Part shown: piece by piece, positions 15,370 through 22,549 of the stretch
Position numbering within the stretch: the first letter of the stretch is position 1
How the letters are laid out: every line of letters starts with the position of its first letter
Assembly (NCBI GenBank): GCA_014799645.1
Contig: JAAVHQ010000004.1
Location: 5,925 to 69,924, forward strand
DNA length: 64,000 nucleotides
Direction: 5' to 3'
Source of the DNA: Clostridiales bacterium
Lineage (GTDB): Bacteria > Bacillota > Clostridia > Christensenellales > UBA3700
Made by a program: the position numbers and the translations under genes
Notes under the pieces: model-generated
Told to the model about the DNA's origin: nothing
Seen by the model: only the letters and a program-made list of their open reading frames with translations
Databases searched by the model: none

Positions 15370-16632
15370 ATGAGAATACTAGGACGGAACAGAGACTCCC
15401 CAAAGAGGGAAAAAAGAAATGCGCCAAGTAGAGAGATGCAAGACTTTATACGTGGAATCGACGTAGACTTTGGCGGGAACAGCAATAGCGGCGTAAGAGT
15501 TGACGAGTTAAGAGCAATGCAAACTTCTGCGGTATATGCGTGTGTGAAAATACTTGCGGAGACGGTGGCAAGTTTGCCGTTGCACTTATTCCGAAAAGGC
15601 AAAGACGGAAAGAACGAAACAGCGGACCAACATCCGCTGTTTTCTTGTTTGTACGAAATGCCGAATGAAGAAATGACGAGTTTTGAATTTAGAGAGATTA
15701 TGATGACCTCATTGCTTTTGTGGGGAAATGCGTATGCTCGAATAATTCGACGCAAAGGACACGTTGAGCAATTATGGTATATGAAACCGCAAAACGTAAC
15801 GGTTGAGAGAGATACACAAACAGGCAAGATAAAATACACATACACCGATGATATCACCAACCAAACCTATGTGTATCGCGCCGACCAAGTATTCCACGTT
15901 AAAGGCATGTCGTTGGACGGAGTAAAGGGATTAAGTCCCATATCTCAAGCAAGAGAAGCTGTCGGCTTATCGCTTGCTACGGAAGAGTACGGAGCAAAGT
16001 TCTTTGGCAACGGAGCAAGACCGGGCGGTGTGCTTGAGCATCCAGGAATACTTAAAGATCCAGAGAAACTGCGTGAGTCATGGAATAAGGTCTATCAAGG
16101 TACAAGGAATAGCCACAAAGTAGCGGTGCTTGAAGAAGGTATGAAATATCACACGATAGGCATCGCGCCAGAAGACGCGCAATTCTTGGAGACACGCAAA
16201 TACCAAGTCAATGAGATATGCCGAATATTCCGTGTTCCGCCGCACTTGGTCGGAGATTTGGAAAGGGCTACGTTCAGCAACATAGAACACCAATCTATAG
16301 AATTTGTACAACACACAATAAGACCGTGGCTTGTGAGATGGGAGCAAGCAATAAGCCGTTCGCTTTTAGATGAGGGTGAGCGGCTTTTGTATTTTGCAAA
16401 GTTCAACGTAGACGGGCTGTTGCGTGGCGATTACAAGTCTAGAATGGAAGGCTATGCCATAGGACGACAGAACGGATGGCTGTCAATCAACGACATAAGA
16501 AGGCTTGAAGATATGAGCCTTGTTCCGACGGATAAAGGTGGAGACGATTATCTCGTCAATGGCAATATGACAGCAGCCAATGTAGTAAATGACAAGGAGG
16601 ATAAGAAAGAAAAAGGGAATGGAAAAAAGTAA
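15370..16632 (+). CDS. Portal protein, HK97 family.
   Basis: ATG at 15370, behind GGAGAAAAAT. About 420 aa, with conserved blocks LLWGNAYA and FRVPPHLVGD. Followed by the protease and capsid genes. Confidence 0.9.
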   Translation: MRILGRNRDSPKREKRNAPSREMQDFIRGIDVDFGGNSNSGVRVDELRAMQTSAVYACVKILAETVASLPLHLFRKGKDGKNETADQHPLFSCLYEMPNEEMTSFEFREIMMTSLLLWGNAYARIIRRKGHVEQLWYMKPQNVTVERDTQTGKIKYTYTDDITNQTYVYRADQVFHVKGMSLDGVKGLSPISQAREAVGLSLATEEYGAKFFGNGARPGGVLEHPGILKDPEKLRESWNKVYQGTRNSHKVAVLEEGMKYHTIGIAPEDAQFLETRKYQVNEICRIFRVPPHLVGDLERATFSNIEHQSIEFVQHTIRPWLVRWEQAISRSLLDEGERLLYFAKFNVDGLLRGDYKSRMEGYAIGRQNGWLSINDIRRLEDMSLVPTDKGGDDYLVNGNMTAANVVNDKEDKKEKGNGKK

Positions 16633-17251
16633 AAGAGAAGTCCGTATGTTGCCAATGACGGAATTACGAATAGCGGACGTTGACGAAAGCAATGCGGTAA
16701 TCGAAGGACACGCGGCGGTGTTCGACTCTTGGAGCGAGACGCTTGGCGGAATCTTTCCGTTCAAAGAGATTGTGAGAAAGGGTGCATTTGTAGAGAGTAT
16801 CGGCAAGGACGATATTCGCGCATTGTTCAACCACGATCCTAATTACGTACTTGGAAGAAACCGAGCGGGAACGCTCGAACTTGTCGAAGACGAAGTAGGA
16901 CTTCGTGTGCGAATCACACCGCCAAATACAAGTTGGGCAAAAGACTTGCAGGCAAGTATCAGGCGCGGAGATATTTCGCAGATGTCTATCGGATTTATCG
17001 TTGAAGAAGACAAGTGGTCGACTGAGAACGGAATGGACGTGCGAGAAATTCGCAAGGTTCAGTTGTTCGACGTAAGTCCCGTAACGTTCCCCGCTTATAC
17101 GGCAACCGATGTCGGTGTTCGCGCAATGCAAGAATACGACGGATATAAAGCGGAGCAAAGAAGTAAAGCAGAAAAGCAAGAGTCGGCAGCTAAGAGAGCA
17201 AAAGAGCAAGCCAGACTTGAGAACTTAAAAAGGAAATTCAGAAATATATAG
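16619..17251 (+). CDS. Prohead protease, HK97 (S78/U35) family.
   Basis: IEGHAAVFDSWSE, LFNHDPNYVLGR and DVSPVTFPAY blocks. Start uncertain: 16619 or 16646. Confidence 0.85.
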   Translation: MEKSKREVRMLPMTELRIADVDESNAVIEGHAAVFDSWSETLGGIFPFKEIVRKGAFVESIGKDDIRALFNHDPNYVLGRNRAGTLELVEDEVGLRVRITPPNTSWAKDLQASIRRGDISQMSIGFIVEEDKWSTENGMDVREIRKVQLFDVSPVTFPAYTATDVGVRAMQEYDGYKAEQRSKAEKQESAAKRAKEQARLENLKRKFRNI

Positions 17252-17262
17252 GAGACATGTAG

Positions 17263-18546
17263 ATGACAATAAAGAAAATATTGGAAATGAAAGCGAAAAG
17301 AGAAGATGCAAGGTTGAAGGCTATGGCGGTCTTGACAAAAGCGGAATCCGAAGATAGATTCCTTACGGATGACGAGCAGAAAGAGATAGACAAATACGAG
17401 TCCGACATCCGCTCTTGGGATGAGAGCATAAGCAGAGCGGAAAGATTGTTGGCGGCTGAACCCGAAGACAGGGGAATTGAAAAACCCGAAGTCAAGCCGA
17501 GTCCTGCAAAAACGGAAGAGAAGAGATTCAATACTTTTGGCGAACAACTTATGGCGGCGTACAGAGCGGCGGCGCCGGGCGGAAAGATTGACGAGAGATT
17601 GACCACTAGAGCGGCAAGCGGACTCAACGAAACCAACCCGTCCGACGGCGGCTTTTTGGTTCAGCAAGATTTCGTGTCCGAACTTCTCAAGCGTACATAT
17701 GAGACGGGTATACTCGCAAGCCGTGTCAAGCGCATACCGATAACAACCAACAGCAACGGCTTGAAGATAAATGCGGTTGACGAAGATTCGAGAGCCAACG
17801 GTTCGAGATGGGGTGGCGTTCAAACCTATTGGGAGTCGGAGGCGGCAGAACTTACGGGTAGCAAGCCGAAATTCAGACAAATGGATTTGTCTCTTAAGAA
17901 GTTGACGGGACTTTGCTATGCGACCGATGAACTCTTGCAAGACGCATCGGCATTGGAATCGGTAATCCGTCAAGCGTTTGCGGAAGAGTTCGGTTTCAAG
18001 ATAGACGACGCAATTCTTTCGGGTTCGGGTAGTGGCGAACCGCTCGGCATACTTAACAGCGGAGCAATGGTAACCGTAGCAAAAGAAGCCGACCAAACGT
18101 CGAAGATTACGGTAGAGAATCTCATCAAAATGTGGAACAGGCTTTGGGCAAGGTCGAGAGCGAATGCGATATGGTACATCAACCAAGAACTTGAACCGTA
18201 CCTTTATACTTTGAAAATCGACGATAAGCCTGTGTACATTCCTGCGGGCGGTTTGTCCGAGAAACCTTACGCTACGTTGTTCGGTAGACCTGTCATTCCG
18301 CTTGAGCAATGTAACGCCGCAGGAGAAGTCGGAGACATTATCCTTGCGGACATAGGTCAGTACCTTATGATTGACAAAGGCGGAGTAAAGGCGGCATCGT
18401 CAATCCACGTGAGATTTTTGTACGATGAGAATGTGTTCCGCTTTATTTATCGTTGCGACGGTCAACCTATTTGGAATAAACCGCTTGCTCCTTACAAAGG
18501 TAGCGCAACGGTCTCGCCGTTTGTAGGCCTTGCAAAGAGGAACTAA
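17263..18546 (+). CDS. Major capsid protein, HK97 family, with an N-terminal scaffold-like coiled coil.
   Basis: 427 aa. Charged helical N-terminal delta domain, then GGFLVQQDF..., KRIPITTNS, and KLTGLCYATDELLQDA. Confidence 0.9.
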   Translation: MTIKKILEMKAKREDARLKAMAVLTKAESEDRFLTDDEQKEIDKYESDIRSWDESISRAERLLAAEPEDRGIEKPEVKPSPAKTEEKRFNTFGEQLMAAYRAAAPGGKIDERLTTRAASGLNETNPSDGGFLVQQDFVSELLKRTYETGILASRVKRIPITTNSNGLKINAVDEDSRANGSRWGGVQTYWESEAAELTGSKPKFRQMDLSLKKLTGLCYATDELLQDASALESVIRQAFAEEFGFKIDDAILSGSGSGEPLGILNSGAMVTVAKEADQTSKITVENLIKMWNRLWARSRANAIWYINQELEPYLYTLKIDDKPVYIPAGGLSEKPYATLFGRPVIPLEQCNAAGEVGDIILADIGQYLMIDKGGVKAASSIHVRFLYDENVFRFIYRCDGQPIWNKPLAPYKGSATVSPFVGLAKRN

Positions 18547-18547
18547 T

Positions 18548-18958
18548 ATGGCATCGATGATAAACCCAATAGAGAAGATAAAAGGGCTCGGCACTATATT
18601 TTCAAGCGATATAGAATCCGAGCCCGTTTTGCTCAACAATTACAGATATGTAGACTTTCTCATATTTTCGGGTAGCGGAATAAACGGCGATTTGACCGTC
18701 ACGATACAAGGCAAATGCGGAGAGAACGGAGAATGGAAAGACATTCCGTTCTTCAAAGTCGTGGATAGCATACTCGTGAAAATGGAAAGTGACAAGATGA
18801 CCATAGGCAAAGAGTCGGAATCAAGATACCGCATTGACGTCGACTTGCTTGAAGATACGGCAATAGACAGAGTAAGGTTGCATACAACGAAAGTTACTTT
18901 GTCGGTCGTAAGCGGATTGATTGTCTTCGTGCAGGGAGATCCTAGGTACACCAAATGA
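18548..18958 (+). CDS. Hypothetical head-associated protein.
   Basis: ATG at 18548, 1 nt after the capsid stop. Position between the capsid and connector genes. Confidence 0.5.
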   Translation: MASMINPIEKIKGLGTIFSSDIESEPVLLNNYRYVDFLIFSGSGINGDLTVTIQGKCGENGEWKDIPFFKVVDSILVKMESDKMTIGKESESRYRIDVDLLEDTAIDRVRLHTTKVTLSVVSGLIVFVQGDPRYTK

Positions 18959-19245
18959 TAGACCTTGAGAAAGTAAAGAGTTTTTTACGAGTCGACGCAG
19001 ATGACGAAGACGAACTCATTCAATCTCTCATAACAACGGCAAGCGAGCTCACGGCAGATATACTGCGTAGACCGCTTGCCGATTTTGAACCGATGCCAGA
19101 AACAATCCAACAGGCAATTTGTATATTGGTCGCAACGCTGTATGAAGAAAGACAAGCGTCCAAAGACAAGACAGGATTGGATATGGCTCAAATACTTGAC
19201 CTCATACGGCGAATGCTGTTTGCGTATCGAAAGGATAGGTTCTAA
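18955..19245 (+). CDS. Head-tail connector (gp6-like, DNA-packaging type).
   Basis: LEKVKSFLRVDADDEDELIQSLITTASE N-terminus typical of the Phage_connect_1 family. Overlapping ATGA junction. Confidence 0.8.
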   Translation: MIDLEKVKSFLRVDADDEDELIQSLITTASELTADILRRPLADFEPMPETIQQAICILVATLYEERQASKDKTGLDMAQILDLIRRMLFAYRKDRF

Positions 19246-19616
19246 TGAATATAGGGGATTTGAACAGACGAATCGAAGTCTTGCAGTTTTTCGAGGAAAG
19301 AGACGATTACGGCGGAGTAGACGGAGAGTGGTTGCCCGTAGGTAGAGTATGGGCAAAGATAGAACCAGGTAGCGGAACGGAGTATTTCGCCAAACAGCAA
19401 GTCAATGCAGAAAACGAAACAAAGATAACGATAAGGTTCTATGCGGGGATAAGCGTTATGAATCGCATTCGTTACGGCGAAAAGGTGTACGAGATTTTGG
19501 GCATAGCAGACCATAGGACTGCTCACAATATGACAATTATAAATTGCAAGGAGATGGTAAGCGATGGGCTACAGCGCAAGGCAAAAGAAAGTAAGAACAA
19601 CAATACAAGGCGCTAA
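19245..19616 (+). CDS. Head closure / head-tail adaptor (SPP1 gp16-like).
   Basis: LNRRIEVLQ ... RVWAKIEP ... ITIRF pattern, plus position. Confidence 0.75.
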   Translation: MNIGDLNRRIEVLQFFEERDDYGGVDGEWLPVGRVWAKIEPGSGTEYFAKQQVNAENETKITIRFYAGISVMNRIRYGEKVYEILGIADHRTAHNMTIINCKEMVSDGLQRKAKESKNNNTRR

Positions 19617-19965
19617 CGCAATCGTGAAAGACCTAAAAGCAATGGAAGAGGCGGCAGCCAACGTGATGATGGCGGGAGCGAAAGCAGGCGGTAAAATCGC
19701 ATTAGAAGATGCAAAGCGGAATTGCCCAGAAGACACGGGAGCATTAAAACAAAGCCTGCATCTCGTTGAAGGCAAAGCAACCTCGACTAAGGCAACGGTT
19801 CAAGTAGATTACGATAAGTCGTTAAAGTATGGAACTCACGTCGAGCTTGGAGCCAGGGGTAGACCTGCCAATCCGTTTTTACGAAATGCGGTAGACGGAA
19901 ATCTCGAAAAAATAAACAATGCAATAGTGTCGGAAATATCCAAAGCGGTAGGGAGAAAGATATGA
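19564..19965 (+). CDS. HK97 gp10-like tail-completion protein.
   Basis: NCPEDTGALKQSL and GARGRPANPFLRNA blocks. Confidence 0.75.
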   Translation: MGYSARQKKVRTTIQGANAIVKDLKAMEEAAANVMMAGAKAGGKIALEDAKRNCPEDTGALKQSLHLVEGKATSTKATVQVDYDKSLKYGTHVELGARGRPANPFLRNAVDGNLEKINNAIVSEISKAVGRKI

Positions 19966-20372
19966 AAGATATATGCCAGGCAGTCTATGAAAAGATGTGT
20001 GCGGACAAAAGCATATCCAAATGTGTAGGCGATAGAATCTATCCAATTATGTTGCCAGAAGATGCGCCGTTGCCTGCAATAGTATATTCGCCGACACTTG
20101 CAAACTACGACTCGGCTCTACAGGGAGATACGGGATACGTGCGACAGACAATGCAGTTTGTGTGTCATGACAAAACATACAAGAGAGCGCGAGAATTGTC
20201 TCGCAAGGTCAAGAAATTATTTCAAGATTACAAGGGAGATATGTGCGGACTTGTAATACAAGCGGTATTCATAAAATCTGACTATGAATACAACTCAAAC
20301 ACGGCGCTCAAATTCGATATGGATGAGTATATGTCGAGCATTGAATTTGAGTTCCACTTCAATGAAAAATAG
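19962..20372 (+). CDS. Tail terminator-like protein (gp11/DUF3168-like).
   Basis: Position between the gp10-like and major tail genes. 136 aa. Confidence 0.5.
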   Translation: MKDICQAVYEKMCADKSISKCVGDRIYPIMLPEDAPLPAIVYSPTLANYDSALQGDTGYVRQTMQFVCHDKTYKRARELSRKVKKLFQDYKGDMCGLVIQAVFIKSDYEYNSNTALKFDMDEYMSSIEFEFHFNEK

Positions 20373-20381
20373 GAGGAATAT

Positions 20382-20783
20382 ATGGCAATAGCGGGTAAGA
20401 ACGGCAAAGTAGTTGTCGGCGCTAGTGGTAGCAAGAAAGTAGTCGGCATAAAGAATTGGTCGTTGGAACTTTCTTTGGATACGCTCGAAACCACGGCGCT
20501 CGGCGATGATTGGAAGAACTACATAACGGGACTTAAAGAATGGTCGGCGTCGAGCGAGGGCGACTATGAAGTCCCAGTGGATACGGAAGGACAAAGAGCG
20601 TTGCAGGACGCCTTCTTGAAAGGCGAGACTGCGACGGTAAAATTGTACGTAGACGATAAGAATTACTATATGGGAGAGGCATACATTAACAGCCTTTCAA
20701 TCGAAGATCCCGTAGACGATGTAGTCTCAATAAGCATTGAGTTCACAGGCACGGGACAATTGACATTTGAAACAGGCGAATAA
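20382..20783 (+). CDS. Major tail (tube) protein.
   Basis: 133 aa. IKNWSLELSLDTLETTALGDDW and TGLKEWSASSEG blocks typical of phi13/TP901-type major tail proteins. Confidence 0.8.
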   Translation: MAIAGKNGKVVVGASGSKKVVGIKNWSLELSLDTLETTALGDDWKNYITGLKEWSASSEGDYEVPVDTEGQRALQDAFLKGETATVKLYVDDKNYYMGEAYINSLSIEDPVDDVVSISIEFTGTGQLTFETGE

Positions 20784-20797
20784 AGGGAGGAAGAGAT

Positions 20798-21109
20798 ATG
20801 AAACAAGGAATTACGATAACGTTGGATAAGCCAAGAACACTCCGATACGGAATGAATGCATTGGCGAAGATTGAAGACTTGACAGGCAAATCGATATTGG
20901 CGCTTGACCTTAACCAAGTCGGTATCAAGGATTTGCTTGCCATTGTGTACAGCGGACTTTATCACGAAGATAAGGCATTGACCATACAAAAAGTTGGAGA
21001 CCTTATAGACGAATATTCCGACCTTACGGAAATAGCGGAAAAGATAGGCGAAGCCCTTACGGTTGCTTTTGGCAAAGAAAAGAAAAGCGATAGCCAGGGG
21101 GAAAACTAG
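20798..21109 (+). CDS. Tail assembly chaperone (G-like).
   Basis: Position between the tube protein and tape measure. 103 aa, acidic C-terminus. Confidence 0.65.
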   Translation: MKQGITITLDKPRTLRYGMNALAKIEDLTGKSILALDLNQVGIKDLLAIVYSGLYHEDKALTIQKVGDLIDEYSDLTEIAEKIGEALTVAFGKEKKSDSQGEN

Positions 21110-21126
21110 CCGCCAAAGACTTTGAG

Positions 21127-21423
21127 TTGTTTTCCTTATGCGAGCAAGCGGTAGTTCAATTCGGAGTAGATCCGCTTATAGTGGGAGAGTACACGCCTTA
21201 TGAGTTGGTGTTGCTATCCAAACAAAAGATGGCAAGAGAGCAAAAGGATTTTGAAAGTCTATTATGTTTGGCATGGCACACGGAAGCATTCGCAAGACAG
21301 AAGAAGTTGCCGAGCCTAGAAAAGATATTGAGAGATTCAAGGAAGAAACCCAAGCAAAGGCAAAACAACAAAAGTGACGCCATATTGAGGGCAATGGCGG
21401 CGGAAAAGGGAGTAAAAATATAA
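21127..21423 (+). CDS. Tail assembly chaperone extension (T-like). Probably expressed by a -1 frameshift from the previous ORF.
   Basis: Lies in the -1 frame relative to 20798..21109. That frame is open from 21094, across the GGGGGAAAAC tract at 21097-21106. Has only a TTG start and no SD. Confidence 0.5.
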   Translation: MFSLCEQAVVQFGVDPLIVGEYTPYELVLLSKQKMAREQKDFESLLCLAWHTEAFARQKKLPSLEKILRDSRKKPKQRQNNKSDAILRAMAAEKGVKI

Positions 21424-21450
21424 AAAGTTTTCATATAACTCTTTATTTCC

Positions 21451-21479
21451 TTGAAAAATACTGTACTATATTATATAAA
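21451..21479 (+). promoter_or_regulatory. Sigma-70-type promoter of the AbiH-like moron.
   Basis: TTGAAA-17 nt-TATAAA, 20 nt upstream of GTGAGGA-ATG. Confidence 0.5.
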
Positions 21480-21499
21480 GAAAGTGAGGATAAAGATTT

Positions 21500-22411
21500 A
21501 TGGATAAACTTTTTATAATAGGCAATGGCTTTGATAGTGCGCATAATTTTCCAACAAAATACAAACATTTTCGAAAATACTTAATTAAAGAATACGACAA
21601 CCCTTATAGTTACATTCCAGAGGAGGCAATAGGACCAGATGGCGAGACCGCTAACTATAGACACGTTGCAGGGCTATTAATAAATTTGTTTGATGGCTAT
21701 TACAATGATGAAGATTGGGGAGATGTTGAGGCCGCTTTGCCAGACCTTGATTATAGACAATTCTTAGAAGATGTCAACATGGAGAATGATGATAGAAATA
21801 TATACCATACAATATACTCAAATGAAGACGCGATTAATAATTTGGGAACATGTATGCCAATAATGAAAGAACTTATTCACGAATGGCTTGAGACGGTTGT
21901 GATTAATGCAAATACGAAGAAAGCATTCCCAAATTTAATTGACAAAGATGGGATTGTCTTAACGTTTAATTACACTGATACATTAGAAAAAGTGTATAAA
22001 ATCAATCCTAAAAACATTTGTCACATTCATGGTATGATTGGGCAAGATATCGTATTTGGTCATGGCAAAATAGATAATTTGCTTGAAGGGGCGTATAGTA
22101 GGTACTTTATATCAGAGGTCAAACTACAAGATGTAATTAACTCTATGTTAAAAGACGTTGACGGCTGTATAGCAAAGCATAGTACATTTTTTGTCAATCT
22201 ATCCAAAGAACCAATTCGGGATATCTATTCAATAGGCTTCTCTTTTGCGAATGTCGATTTGGAATATATAATTGAAATTTGTAGAAGAATAGATACATCC
22301 AGTGTTGTTTGGCACTTGACTCAATTTGATAAAAGCAAAGGCAACATTAAAAGATTTGAACAAGTAATTAGAGGTTGCGGATTTAAAGGAACATTCGGTC
22401 AATTAATTTAA
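21500..22411 (+). CDS. AbiH-family abortive-infection-like protein.
   Basis: N-terminus MDKLFIIGNGFDSAHNFPTKYKHF, plus FNYTDTLEKVY and CHIHG blocks as in lactococcal AbiH-family proteins. AT-rich, with its own promoter and terminator. Confidence 0.75.
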   Translation: MDKLFIIGNGFDSAHNFPTKYKHFRKYLIKEYDNPYSYIPEEAIGPDGETANYRHVAGLLINLFDGYYNDEDWGDVEAALPDLDYRQFLEDVNMENDDRNIYHTIYSNEDAINNLGTCMPIMKELIHEWLETVVINANTKKAFPNLIDKDGIVLTFNYTDTLEKVYKINPKNICHIHGMIGQDIVFGHGKIDNLLEGAYSRYFISEVKLQDVINSMLKDVDGCIAKHSTFFVNLSKEPIRDIYSIGFSFANVDLEYIIEICRRIDTSSVVWHLTQFDKSKGNIKRFEQVIRGCGFKGTFGQLI

Positions 22412-22431
22412 TTACATAAGGAAAACATCCA

Positions 22432-22462
22432 AAGCAAGCGTTGAAAAGACGCTTGCTTTTTT
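22432..22462 (+). terminator. Rho-independent terminator after the AbiH-like gene.
   Basis: AAGCAAGCGT-tgaaaag-ACGCTTGCTT followed by TTTT. Confidence 0.8.
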
Positions 22463-22549
22463 CATGCCAAAATAGGGGGTGAGAATATAGCAGTAATAAG
22501 AAACCTTGTAGTTAAGATAGCGGCGGATATTTCATCATTATCGAAAGGT

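Noticed and set aside
17095-18309. 404-aa minus-strand ORF, the longest antisense ORF in the head region.
   Set aside because: It lies fully antisense to the well-supported HK97 protease and capsid genes. Its composition is R/F/C-rich and low in complexity. It has no SD and no recognisable motif, so it is a shadow ORF.
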